A stretch of 64,000 bases of DNA from Marinicella sp. Its GTDB lineage: Bacteria; Pseudomonadota; Gammaproteobacteria; Xanthomonadales; Marinicellaceae. This document shows, piece after piece, positions 47,939 to 60,890 of this stretch. The stretch lies in assembly GCA_965230295.1 (NCBI GenBank), contig OZ246001.1, positions 3,360,001-3,424,000 on the forward strand, given 5' to 3'. The translations under genes were made by a program, and so were the position numbers. Numbering within the stretch: the stretch's first letter is position 1; every line of letters starts with the position of its first letter. Under the pieces are notes generated by a model. The model did not search any database. It saw only the letters and a list, made by a program, of their open reading frames with translations, and had not been told where the DNA came from.

Positions 47939-50900
47939 ATGAAATTTATTATCTTTTCAGCCACTGTGCTGCTATCAACCACATCAATATCAAGCTCATT
48001 TGAGGTGATTAAGCATTCTGTTCATGCCAATGATGAGTTAAACAAAAGCTCTGAAAGAAAAACACTGGTTCTCAATGCCGGTGAATTTGACCCTTTGTAT
48101 GAGCAGTTAATTCACCGATCCTTGGTAGAAAAAAGTGACAGACAAAGCCCATATGGCTTGGTGCAAATTCATGCCAATGATTCACAAGGATTGGCGAATA
48201 TTGAATCTATGGGCGCACAAGTTTTGGGTTATTTACCGCATGACACCTATTTAGTTAAGTGGGGTGCAGTTGAAAGGAATCAAATCATGTCATCAGACAT
48301 GTTTCGTTACACAGGTGATTACAGCAACGCCTATAAGTTCAATGCCGGCTTATGGAGTCAAGCCAAATCACTGGGAATTAATGATGCTCCCCAGGCTGTG
48401 ACCATCGATTTGTTTGGCTTTCCGGGTGTGCCTGTTTCAAGAATAGAACAAACTCTAATGAAAGTCATGGCGGATGCTGTTATTGAATCCAGTCGGGACC
48501 TCAATAACATGCCATATGTGAAACTAACTTTGCAAGGGGATGTGGCCTCTAATATCCTACAGCTGGCTAACACGGTTGATGTCATGTGGATGACTATGCA
48601 TGTTCAGGATAAGATTTTGAATATCGATTCAGTTGGACCCATTCAATCTAACAACCCGGAAATTACCCAAGCCACCATTTGGGACAAAGGACTGATTGGT
48701 ACAGGTCAGGTTGTAGCTGTTGTTGACAGTGGGTTAGACAGAAACCAAGATTTTTTCTCACAATACGACACCGGTTCTGGAGCGGTGACTAAAAAGTACA
48801 CAGACGCCAGCAGCCCTCCAGTAGGGGAGGTGGGAACGATCAATGCCGATCATAAGGTGATTGCTTATTATGTTCAGCCAGGTGCATCTGCTTATGATGA
48901 CGATTCCCAATGTGGCGAAGATGGTACACCCTCTGGATTTCACGGGACACATGTCACAGGAACTGTTGCCGGGGATGCCGGAACTCCTGCCAATTCAAGT
49001 GCTGCTAATTATGATGAAGGCGATGGTATGGCACCGCATGCACAAATTCTCTTTCAAGACATTGGCAACACCCAGTCCGGTTGCTTAACAGCTGGAAGTA
49101 CTCGCTATGAAATGCACCTGCAAGCAGCAAAATCAGGGGCCTCAATTTCATCCAACAGTTATGGCGGAGATGCTGAAAACAGTTCAAGTGAAGGTTACTT
49201 TTTTGGTGATTATCAAGTAGATTTAGCCAGTTATGAATTAGAAGACCTGTTGATTGTTGTGTCGGCTGGGAACAGCGGTATAAGGGCCCTATCACATCCT
49301 GGACATGCAAAAAACGCGGTAACTGTGGGTGCTTTGGGTCATGGTGATTCAACCACGGCAGCATCATTTTCATCGCGAGGGTTTGCCTTTGATGACCGCG
49401 TAAAACCTGATGTGATGGCACCTGGTGTTGGTATCTTTTCTGCCGAAGGTAATTTAGACAATTCAGTACCGCCTGCCGGAGTCAACAATGGTATTACGCC
49501 TAAGAATGGAACGTCTATGGCGACTCCGACTGTTTCAGGAGGCCTGGCGTTGATGCGACAGTATTTCACAGATGGCTTTTATCCGTCAGGAGCTAAAAAC
49601 AATGACGATCAGCTTGAACCCTCAGGTTCACTGCTAAAATCCACCTTACTGAACGGCACCTTACTGAACAGCCGAGCCCCATCAGTGGATCAAGGCTGGG
49701 GTCGTATATTCTTGGACAATAACTTGTATTTTGCTGGAGACTCAAAAGCATTGCGAGTTTGGGATTTACCGAATGCGGATGGTTTGAGCACTGGTGAATC
49801 ATTCAGCTTTGAAGTCAATGTACCTGCAGGTGAAGCATTCAGGGCCACGTTGACTTGGTTTGATCCTCCACCGTTGGTCCAATCTGGAAAAGCTTTGGTC
49901 AACGATTTAGATTTAGAAGTCAGGTTCAATGGAAAAGTTTACATGGGTAATGATTTGTTTGGCAGCGTATCCCAAGAGGGAGGATCGGCTGATACCCTTA
50001 ACAATGTGGAACAATTTCATTTGCCGAACCCTGAACCTGGCATTTATGAAGTTGTTGTGAAAGGGTCTCAAGTGAATGGTACGAGTGCAGGGTCTCAGAC
50101 TCAGAAACAAGGTTTTGCCTTGGTGACATCTCAAGGCCAATGCAGTTCCCAAGTCGGTGCGGCACCACAAATCACATTAACCGAATCCAGTGAGTTACGG
50201 CCTGTGGTTAACATTGATCCATTAAGCAATGTGACAGATTACCAAATTTATAAAAAACCAGGTGGTTGTGATGTCCCTAACTCAAAATTCAGATTCATCG
50301 GTCAAGCCAGCGGATCTGCAGGGGACATTTCATTCACTGATTTCAACACACTCCCAAACGAGATTTATGGCTATGCAGTCAAAGCCGTGGATGCCTGTGG
50401 TGAAGGTCAATTCAGCAGTTGTCTAGAAATTCAATCGAACGCTCAGTGTTCATTGAAACCAGCATTCAACACCAGTTCTTTGAATGTGAAATCTACCGGG
50501 TATGAAGGCTGTTCAGTTAATTTGGCATGGGAAGCTGGTCAAAATCAATGCCAGGCCGGAAGTGCTGTGAAATACAATATTTACCGTTCGTTGCAAGCAG
50601 ATTTCCAACAAAGTGACAACAACAGGATTGCACAAGGCGTCTCTCGTTTGGATTATAACGATCACACGGTTGAAAACAATCAGACCTATTACTACAAAGT
50701 GACTGCGGTAGATGACATTGGCAACGAATCTTTTCAGGTGAGTAGTTTAAGCGTTTTTACCACAGGTGATGATTTTTCATCTACAGGTACCTATGTTGAT
50801 GATCCTGATTCAACCACTTTTGCTACGCTACGAAATCCATGGAGAATTACCAGTTTCCGCAGTACTACAGGAAGCCAAAGTTTTCATAATGCCGAAGATG

Positions 50901-52105
50901 GCAAAAGATATTTGCCTAATACCTGCGCATACATGACGTTACCAGAAATTGAAATTCAAGCAGGTCAATCGACTTTGACTTATGATGCTGCCTACAACGT
51001 AGAAGAGTATTGGGACGGTGTGGTGGTCCAAATATCGACCAATGGTGGTGAAACCTGGTCAGACTTGCCTCCTGATGGCGGTTACCCTTCTGATTTCAGG
51101 GATACAGCACCACAAGGCACCCCAATCAATGCCTGTGGTTTTCCAGCTACCCAAGGTGCCTTCAATGGAGCACAAAACACGTTTGCTCCATTCACGACTG
51201 ATTTATCTGCCTATGCAGGTGAATCAGTGATCATTCGGTGGGGGTTTTCATCTGATGAAGCTTCTGAAGAACCTGGCTTTTATCTGGACAACATTCAGAT
51301 AGGCAATGCCAGTGCGCCAGGTGTGTGCGAGGTCAAAACGATCACCAAAGACACCGCCGGACCCTGGTTTAACCCTGATCAATCTGGTCATGGTTTTTTC
51401 CTTGAAATTTCTGATGGTGGAACTGGTAACCCAGAGCGTATTACTGGTTATTGGTATGCCTATTTAGATGGAGAGCCCAGGTGGTTGTTAGGCACAGGAC
51501 TGACCAATGGCAACAGCGCAACCATTGATATGTTGGTCACATCAGGTGGGATATCGCCCCCTAATTTTGATCCAAGTGCTATAGAAGTCACCCCATGGGG
51601 GGACTTGACCTTTGACTTCAGTAGCCCAACTGAAGGCCTTATCACTTGGAGCAGCAGCATCCCCGGCTTTGGTTCTGGAAGCATGCCTATCGCCAAATTG
51701 GCAAACATCAGTGATTCGCCGAAAGCTTGCCTGAGCGGCTCTTACAGTGATCCTGCGCAACCAGGACACGGTTATGTGATTGAAGTCATTGGTGCTACCG
51801 GTGCCGAATCGGTGTTGATGACCTGGTACAGTTATGACAATGATGGCAATCAAATTTGGTTGATTGGTTCCGGTGCATTGAACGGTACATCAGCCACTAT
51901 ACCAGTCAGTGTGTTCAGTGGTGCCGACTTTCCGCCACAATTTGATCCCAATGATGTCATGGGTCAGCAGTGGGGTGTACTGGAGCTTGATTTCAGTGTA
52001 TTGAATTCATTGGGTGTGTCTTGGCAAGCTGATTTACCAGGGTACTCTGATGGTCAAGTCACCGCTGCAAAATTAACAGAATTGAAAGGCAGATCCTGTT
52101 TCTGA
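47939..52105 (+). CDS. secreted S8 subtilase with FN3-like and repeated C-terminal domains
   Basis: Catalytic triad VVDSG / HGTHVTGT / GTSMATP; signal peptide; YNIYRS...YYYKVTAVD FN3-like segment; two C-terminal repeats. Confidence 0.9.
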   Translation: MKFIIFSATVLLSTTSISSSFEVIKHSVHANDELNKSSERKTLVLNAGEFDPLYEQLIHRSLVEKSDRQSPYGLVQIHANDSQGLANIESMGAQVLGYLPHDTYLVKWGAVERNQIMSSDMFRYTGDYSNAYKFNAGLWSQAKSLGINDAPQAVTIDLFGFPGVPVSRIEQTLMKVMADAVIESSRDLNNMPYVKLTLQGDVASNILQLANTVDVMWMTMHVQDKILNIDSVGPIQSNNPEITQATIWDKGLIGTGQVVAVVDSGLDRNQDFFSQYDTGSGAVTKKYTDASSPPVGEVGTINADHKVIAYYVQPGASAYDDDSQCGEDGTPSGFHGTHVTGTVAGDAGTPANSSAANYDEGDGMAPHAQILFQDIGNTQSGCLTAGSTRYEMHLQAAKSGASISSNSYGGDAENSSSEGYFFGDYQVDLASYELEDLLIVVSAGNSGIRALSHPGHAKNAVTVGALGHGDSTTAASFSSRGFAFDDRVKPDVMAPGVGIFSAEGNLDNSVPPAGVNNGITPKNGTSMATPTVSGGLALMRQYFTDGFYPSGAKNNDDQLEPSGSLLKSTLLNGTLLNSRAPSVDQGWGRIFLDNNLYFAGDSKALRVWDLPNADGLSTGESFSFEVNVPAGEAFRATLTWFDPPPLVQSGKALVNDLDLEVRFNGKVYMGNDLFGSVSQEGGSADTLNNVEQFHLPNPEPGIYEVVVKGSQVNGTSAGSQTQKQGFALVTSQGQCSSQVGAAPQITLTESSELRPVVNIDPLSNVTDYQIYKKPGGCDVPNSKFRFIGQASGSAGDISFTDFNTLPNEIYGYAVKAVDACGEGQFSSCLEIQSNAQCSLKPAFNTSSLNVKSTGYEGCSVNLAWEAGQNQCQAGSAVKYNIYRSLQADFQQSDNNRIAQGVSRLDYNDHTVENNQTYYYKVTAVDDIGNESFQVSSLSVFTTGDDFSSTGTYVDDPDSTTFATLRNPWRITSFRSTTGSQSFHNAEDGKRYLPNTCAYMTLPEIEIQAGQSTLTYDAAYNVEEYWDGVVVQISTNGGETWSDLPPDGGYPSDFRDTAPQGTPINACGFPATQGAFNGAQNTFAPFTTDLSAYAGESVIIRWGFSSDEASEEPGFYLDNIQIGNASAPGVCEVKTITKDTAGPWFNPDQSGHGFFLEISDGGTGNPERITGYWYAYLDGEPRWLLGTGLTNGNSATIDMLVTSGGISPPNFDPSAIEVTPWGDLTFDFSSPTEGLITWSSSIPGFGSGSMPIAKLANISDSPKACLSGSYSDPAQPGHGYVIEVIGATGAESVLMTWYSYDNDGNQIWLIGSGALNGTSATIPVSVFSGADFPPQFDPNDVMGQQWGVLELDFSVLNSLGVSWQADLPGYSDGQVTAAKLTELKGRSCF

Positions 52106-52150
52106 TTCAAAGCAATCAATCAAAGACTGTTGCAAGAAATTATTCATGCA

Positions 52151-52618
52151 TCAGTCTTTTTTTGTGTATTCCATGTAATAATCACTGCGTTGGTATTCAG
52201 AATCAAACGGGTAGGGTAATTTTACAAAGCCAAACCGTTCATACAATTTGATCGCTGGCTGTAGCGAGGAATGAGTTTCCAGGTATAGTTTTTTACCATT
52301 CAGCTTTTTAAATTCCTCAATACAAGAATGCATCAGAACAGCGCCAATACCGCGGGCTTGAAAATCTCTTGTGACGGCCATTTTTGCCAACTCAATTTCG
52401 CCTGCACCATGGTGCTTAAGTGCCACACAACCCACCACTTGCTCACCGATGTTGGCATAAATGATTTGTCCGCCCTGGACAACGATTTCATCCGGGTGTG
52501 ACAACATGTATTCATCTATGGGTTCAATGGCAAAATATTTCTTTAGCCACTCTTCATTAAGTCTTTTGAAATGAGGGCCTAATTGGCTGTTGTGAGTCTG
52601 CGTGGTTACTTCTTGCAC
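52151..52618 (-). CDS. GNAT family acetyltransferase
   Basis: FKRLNEEW, ELAKMAV, QARGIG, AIKLYERFGF; GTG start. Confidence 0.88.
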   Translation of the reverse strand: MQEVTTQTHNSQLGPHFKRLNEEWLKKYFAIEPIDEYMLSHPDEIVVQGGQIIYANIGEQVVGCVALKHHGAGEIELAKMAVTRDFQARGIGAVLMHSCIEEFKKLNGKKLYLETHSSLQPAIKLYERFGFVKLPYPFDSEYQRSDYYMEYTKKD

Positions 52619-52676
52619 TGAATTTTCTGTTTAGATTTGATGTATAATTATTCATTTTAAATGATGGACGGTCAAT

Positions 52677-53786
52677 ATGGGAATCTGGGATAAATTATTC
52701 GGTGAATTGGTAGACGTGATTGAGTGGACAGATGACACACAACACACTTTGGTCTATCGATTCCCACGTTATGGAAATGAAATTAAAAACGGTGCTATGT
52801 TAACAGTTCGTGAAGGCCAAATGGCGGTTTTGGTTAATGAGGGAGAAGTGGCCGATGTATTTGAGCCTGGCTTGTATGAACTCAGTACCGCGAACATCCC
52901 CATTTTGTCGTCTTTACAAGGTTGGAAACATGGTTTTGAAAGTCCATTCAAAGCAGAAGTTTATTTCTTCAACACCAAAGTTTTTACTGACATGAAATGG
53001 GGGCTTAGAAACCCATTGATTTTGCGTGATCGAGAATTTGGGGTGATCAGAATCAGGGCCTTTGGGAGTTATGCTTTTCGCATCAACGATCCCCATAAAA
53101 TGATGTCTGAAATAGTGGGCACTGATGGCCATTTCGTCTTAGAGGAGATCATAGGTCAGTTGAAGAACCTGGTGGTGACTGGGTTTGCTAAAGTACTGAG
53201 TGAATCGGGTGTTCCAGTCTTGGATTTGGCGGCCAGTTATGATGACCTCGGTCAGTTTTTGACCAGTCAAATTCAACCGATGTTCAATGAATATGGGCTC
53301 AAACTAGAAACCATGTTGGTCGAAAATGTTTCCGTTCCAGAATCTGTTGAAAAAGCGCTGGATGAACGTGCCAGTTCCATTGCTGTGGGTGATTTGAATC
53401 GATTCACACGTTATCAACAAGCGCAATCAATGCGGGATGCAGCTAACAATCAATCCGGCGCAGCAGGCGGTGGAATGGCCATGGGCATGGGGTTTGGAAT
53501 GGCACAATCTTTTGGTCAAGCATTGGCTAAGGGTGATGACACTGACCCCTTGCAACCACCTCCTACGCCACAACAAGTTAAAGAGGTTAAACATTATTTT
53601 GTCATTGTTGATGGTAAACGGGTTGGGCCCATTAATTTAGCTGCGGTGGCAGAAATGGTGGCCCATGATCAAATCAATGCTGATACCCTGATGTGGACTG
53701 CTGGTTTGAATGATTGGACTGCGGCAGAGGGTATGTCAGAGGTGCAACAACTGCTCAACAACCAACCACCAAAAATGCCTGAGTAG
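52677..53786 (+). CDS. SPFH (band 7, YdjI-like) protein with C-terminal GYF_2 domain
   Basis: DVIEW, LTVREGQ, SPFKAEVYF, RAFGSY; GMGMGFG; GP...I..DTLMWTAGLNDW. Confidence 0.85.
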   Translation: MGIWDKLFGELVDVIEWTDDTQHTLVYRFPRYGNEIKNGAMLTVREGQMAVLVNEGEVADVFEPGLYELSTANIPILSSLQGWKHGFESPFKAEVYFFNTKVFTDMKWGLRNPLILRDREFGVIRIRAFGSYAFRINDPHKMMSEIVGTDGHFVLEEIIGQLKNLVVTGFAKVLSESGVPVLDLAASYDDLGQFLTSQIQPMFNEYGLKLETMLVENVSVPESVEKALDERASSIAVGDLNRFTRYQQAQSMRDAANNQSGAAGGGMAMGMGFGMAQSFGQALAKGDDTDPLQPPPTPQQVKEVKHYFVIVDGKRVGPINLAAVAEMVAHDQINADTLMWTAGLNDWTAAEGMSEVQQLLNNQPPKMPE

Positions 53787-53800
53787 TCACTCAACCCAAC

Positions 53801-54886
53801 ATGATTTCTTACACACACTTTAAATGTAACCAGTGTGGTTCTGACTTGGACTATGCCATTGGCTTGCACTCTTTAAAATGTGTCAGCTGTGGTGAAGTGG
53901 ATCCCATAGAAGCATCACCTTTGGACATGTATTTGGCCCATGATTACAAATCTGCCATCAGTGATCTCAGCTACTTTGATCCCAAAACAGTCAGTCATGA
54001 ACTGAATTGTGAAAACTGTGGCGCCAATTTCATGTTGCCGACCAATGTGCATGCTGAGGAATGTCCTTATTGTGATTTGAATGTTGTGGTACCAGTGGAG
54101 TTATCAAGAAAGCTGAAACCAGATGGGGTGATTCCATTCGAAATAAAGCAACATCAGGCAGAAGCCTCATTCAAAAAGTGGATCAGTGGATTGTGGTTTG
54201 CTCCCAATGCCTTGAAAAGGAAAGCCATCCAAGCACAATCCATTGTGGGTTCATACATGCCGATGTGGGCCTTTGATGCAGAGGTAGACAGTCGTTATAC
54301 CGGAGAACGTGGTGATAATTATCACACGACTGTTCGTGTTCCTACCCAGGTGAATGGAAAAACAGTCATGAAAACCAGAACTGTGGTAAAAATAAAATGG
54401 CGGTATCGTTCAGGGCAAGTCCACAACAGCTTTGATGATGTGATGACCCTGGGTAGCACCACCTTACCAGTTAAATTTCAGCGTTTTTTATCCGATTGGG
54501 ATTTATATAAAACACAGAACTACAATGAAAAATACCTCAGTGGATTCAGGTCTGAGCTCTATCAAATTGGTTTGCCCGAAGCGTTTAAAATGGCCAAAGA
54601 TGTCATGCAATTCACCATCAGGGCCACCGTCAGACATGACATCGGAGGTGATCATCAAAGGATTCACCAGGTTGATTCGACCTATCGACAAGTCGGGTTT
54701 AAATTGTTGCTGGCCCCAATGTGGATTTCAGCGTTTAACTTCAACAAGAAATCTTACCGTTATGTGATCAATGGACAAAATGGCAAAGCACATGGTGAAC
54801 GACCTTACAGTATTTTCAAAATAGTTGGCTTTGCGTTGACCGTGATTTCTGTGGTTGGGGTCGGGTTCATGCTTTTTAATCGATGA
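53801..54886 (+). CDS. multi-Zn-ribbon membrane-anchored protein (YdjG-like)
   Basis: Four CxxC pairs (CNQC, CVSC, CENC, CPYC); PDGVIPF, WFAP, YMPMWAFD, INGQNGK.HGERP; C-terminal TM. Confidence 0.8.
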   Translation: MISYTHFKCNQCGSDLDYAIGLHSLKCVSCGEVDPIEASPLDMYLAHDYKSAISDLSYFDPKTVSHELNCENCGANFMLPTNVHAEECPYCDLNVVVPVELSRKLKPDGVIPFEIKQHQAEASFKKWISGLWFAPNALKRKAIQAQSIVGSYMPMWAFDAEVDSRYTGERGDNYHTTVRVPTQVNGKTVMKTRTVVKIKWRYRSGQVHNSFDDVMTLGSTTLPVKFQRFLSDWDLYKTQNYNEKYLSGFRSELYQIGLPEAFKMAKDVMQFTIRATVRHDIGGDHQRIHQVDSTYRQVGFKLLLAPMWISAFNFNKKSYRYVINGQNGKAHGERPYSIFKIVGFALTVISVVGVGFMLFNR

Positions 54887-55041
54887 TTCTGTGGTCTCAG
54901 TCAATCAAGCCGGATTGATATGAACAATAAAATCTATAGGAATACTGAAAATGATGGCTTAAATGCGATAGACAAGACCTTCAACAAGCATTAAACTTAG
55001 CATATGTTCAATAACGATCAAGGTGTTTAAAAAAAACCTTA

Positions 55042-55887
55042 ATGACAGAAGACCAGAGTAGGAAAGATTCTGATCAGGATAATCAGAAGTCATGGTTAAG
55101 CAAATTAGCCAATCTTTTTACGGATGAACCACAAAATCGCGACGACCTCATTCATATATTACATGAAGCTTATAACAACCATTTGGTTGATATTGATGCT
55201 TTGAATATGATGAAAGGTGCCTTAAAAGTATCAGAGTTACAAGTTCGTCAAGTGATGGTTCCCAGGGCCCAAATGGTCGTGATTCCACAAACATCAGACA
55301 TTGAGGATGTTTTGCCCATCATCGTTGAGTCAGGACACTCCCGATTTCCAGTCGTTGGAGAAGATAAAGATGAACTGGAAGGCATTTTATTGGCCAAAGA
55401 TGTATTGAAGTCATTTGTAAAAGATGAAGATGATTTTAATTTACGGCAAATCATTCGACCCGCAGTGGTGATTCCAGAATCAAAACAGGTCAATATCCTT
55501 TTGAATGAATTCAGAACGACACGCAATCACATGGCCATCATCATTGATGAATATGGTGGTGTTGCTGGTTTGGTGACCATTGAAGACATTTTGGAAGAAA
55601 TTGTCGGTGAAATTGATGATGAATACGATGATCAAGAAGATCCATATGTGATGAACGTGAGTGACCAGCTATACCGCATCAATGCCTTGACCACCATTAC
55701 AGAGTTCAACGAGCAATTCAAGTTTGATTTTGATGACACCGAATATGACACCATTGGCGGATTGGTTGCCAGTGAAGCAGGGCGGTTACCAGAAACCGGT
55801 GAGTTGATTGAAGTGGCTGATCTGACATTCAAGGTGATCAAAGCAGACAAACGCCGCATTGAATTCGTTGAAGTAGACTTAAGTTAG
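55042..55887 (+). CDS. corC: Mg/Co transport-associated CBS protein CorC (YbeX)
   Basis: VMVPRAQM, SGHSRFPV, GILLAKD, PESK, HMAIIIDEYGGVAGLVTIEDILEEIVGEIDDEYD. Confidence 0.93.
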   Translation: MTEDQSRKDSDQDNQKSWLSKLANLFTDEPQNRDDLIHILHEAYNNHLVDIDALNMMKGALKVSELQVRQVMVPRAQMVVIPQTSDIEDVLPIIVESGHSRFPVVGEDKDELEGILLAKDVLKSFVKDEDDFNLRQIIRPAVVIPESKQVNILLNEFRTTRNHMAIIIDEYGGVAGLVTIEDILEEIVGEIDDEYDDQEDPYVMNVSDQLYRINALTTITEFNEQFKFDFDDTEYDTIGGLVASEAGRLPETGELIEVADLTFKVIKADKRRIEFVEVDLS

Positions 55888-55888
55888 T

Positions 55889-56950
55889 TTGAAACGTCTG
55901 TTGATATCAGTCTTTCTGGTTTTTGTTGGCTTTTCAAGTGCAGCCAAAACCGTGCGATTGATCACCATTGGGCCGGGCGATGCTTTTTGGTCAGCTTTTG
56001 GTCATACGGCCATCGCCATTGACGACGAAGTTTATGGTTTTGGTTATTTCAGTTTTGATCTTGATATCATTAAATCCTTCGTTTCAAACAGCATGATGTA
56101 TGAACTGGGTGTCAGCGAAATCAATTATGAAGCCAATCTGGCTGAGCAGCAAAACAGAACTTTCAGTTATATTGATCTTGAATTGAGTGAAGAACAAACC
56201 AGTCAACTGGCTGATTTTCTTGACTGGCATTATTTGCCAGAAAACCAAACTTACCGTTACGATTACTTCTTGAATAATTGTTCAACCAAAATTCGTGATT
56301 TACTGATTTTGGCATGGCCCAATGATTTCGAGCAAAACAGTCAGGAATTAACTGACAGCAGTTATTTCGAACAAACCTTTCCAGCCAAACACCAAGGGTT
56401 GATGAACTTAGGATTGGCTGTGGGTTATGGGTGGGAAGCTTACCAGCAAAGAAACCATTGGGAGTTGATGGCTTTTCCGGTTTATCTTGAACAACAAGTG
56501 GTGAAAATGGCCGCTGAAAAAACAACACACCGCCAGGTTGTGTATGAAACCATACCGAGTCGCTCAATGGAATACCTGATTAAAACCCATTGGGCATTGA
56601 TTGCCTATGTGTTGTTTTGGATCTTGATCCTCATGCCCAGGTCGAATCAAGTGGCCACCAAAAGCTGGTTTATTTGGCACGGCTTGATAGGTTGGGGTTT
56701 GATGGGATTGTGGTTTCTGACGCCACATTCGGCGGCGGACTGGAATGTCAATGTGTTGTTGTTTTCACCCTTTGGGTTATTTATTTTGTTTTCAGAGAAA
56801 AGCAAGCACTTTATATACCCTGGCTGGGTGTTGTGGCTGCTGTTCAGTGTCTACCTCAATGCATGGTATTTAATTCCCATGCTACTGCCTGCTTTTATGG
56901 CCATGCGCAACTTAAGTGCTGATAGGCAATCTACAGTTAAGGCTCAATGA
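55889..56950 (+). CDS. DUF4105 / Lnb-like candidate lipoprotein N-acyltransferase
   Basis: Signal peptide; LITIGPG, FGHTAI, YGFGYF, YRYDYFLNNCSTKIRD, MAFP; several C-terminal TMs; TTG start 1 nt after corC. Confidence 0.75.
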   Translation: MKRLLISVFLVFVGFSSAAKTVRLITIGPGDAFWSAFGHTAIAIDDEVYGFGYFSFDLDIIKSFVSNSMMYELGVSEINYEANLAEQQNRTFSYIDLELSEEQTSQLADFLDWHYLPENQTYRYDYFLNNCSTKIRDLLILAWPNDFEQNSQELTDSSYFEQTFPAKHQGLMNLGLAVGYGWEAYQQRNHWELMAFPVYLEQQVVKMAAEKTTHRQVVYETIPSRSMEYLIKTHWALIAYVLFWILILMPRSNQVATKSWFIWHGLIGWGLMGLWFLTPHSAADWNVNVLLFSPFGLFILFSEKSKHFIYPGWVLWLLFSVYLNAWYLIPMLLPAFMAMRNLSADRQSTVKAQ

Positions 56951-57524
56951 ATTTAACCTGGCCTTTACTGACATTTTGTAATGATACTTTGAATGGCTTC
57001 AACTCTTTAACAGGTAAGCTAACTTCACACTGCATACCTGACACATTGAAGTCCTGATTGTTGGCTTTGCCACCGAAGTCTTCTGCCACTTTAAACAATT
57101 GCTGGCTGTACTCAAAAGGTATTTGTATCAGTAATGTAGCCAACGGAACATGTTCTTTAAAGGGGGCATTCTGTAGGTTTTTAGCGATGGTTCCACCATA
57201 GGCCCTGGCCAAACCGCCGGTGCCTAATTTAATACCGCCATAATAGCGAATAACGAGTGCACCAATGTAATCGAAACCAGCACCGTCTATGGCAGCGAGT
57301 ATTGGTTTTCCAGCAGTGCCTGAAGGTTCACCGTCATCATTGAACCGGTATTCATTACCTATGCGGTAAGCCCAACAGTTATGAGTGGCAGTTAAATCCT
57401 GGTGTTCTGTCAGGGAATGAAAAAAATCTTCTGGTGTTTCTATGTGAAAACAAACACCAATGAAAGTACTTTTTTTGATCAGTTCTTCATTGGTGTTGTT
57501 GGCAGTGATGACTTTAGAGGTCAA
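56937..57524 (-). CDS. yigZ: YigZ/IMPACT family protein (TTG start about 57524)
   Basis: IKKSTF, ATHNCWAYR, DDGEPSGTAGKP, RYYGGIKLGTGGLARAY. Confidence 0.9.
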   Translation of the reverse strand: MTSKVITANNTNEELIKKSTFIGVCFHIETPEDFFHSLTEHQDLTATHNCWAYRIGNEYRFNDDGEPSGTAGKPILAAIDGAGFDYIGALVIRYYGGIKLGTGGLARAYGGTIAKNLQNAPFKEHVPLATLLIQIPFEYSQQLFKVAEDFGGKANNQDFNVSGMQCEVSLPVKELKPFKVSLQNVSKGQVKFIEP

Positions 57525-57948
57525 GATACTCAGATGGTATGGCAGTATTCGGGAATGCTTTGTCCATGAAAGCCACAATTCTCTTAACCATGTCCGTGTT
57601 ACCGTCCTTGCCAAATTTTTCCAGCGCCTTTAATGCTTGATCAGCTGTTTGGTATCGCATGGCTAATTGCATGTTGCTGCGGGCCACTTCTTTCAATGCC
57701 TTCTTGTCTTCTTCTGTAGGCATCAAAAATGGTTCGGGTGGAACGGTATCTTCTTTGGCCTGGGTTGTGGCCATGACTTCAGCTGGTTTGGTCTCAACAG
57801 CAGGTTGAACTTCTGTGACCACTGCAGCCGGCTCAGTAACTGTTTCGGCTTCATTTGCACCAAAAAACTTCCATCCCAAAGCCGCTGCAAACAAAACGCC
57901 TGCAATGATTAAAAATGGCACCAGCACTGATTTTGATTGGGTAGACAT
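57514..57948 (-). CDS. hypothetical membrane-anchored protein
   Basis: N-terminal TM, E/T/P/A-rich linker, helical C-terminus; RBS GAGGA; overlaps the yigZ start. Confidence 0.65.
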   Translation of the reverse strand: MSTQSKSVLVPFLIIAGVLFAAALGWKFFGANEAETVTEPAAVVTEVQPAVETKPAEVMATTQAKEDTVPPEPFLMPTEEDKKALKEVARSNMQLAMRYQTADQALKALEKFGKDGNTDMVKRIVAFMDKAFPNTAIPSEYLDL

Positions 57949-57994
57949 ATATAAATCCTCAATAGTAAATTATGATTTGCTGCGATTAGATTGT

Positions 57995-60847
<2,853 letters not shown>

Positions 60848-60890
60848 ATATTATCTTTCAAGTAGCACCACATAAGAGGCTTACATAAAC

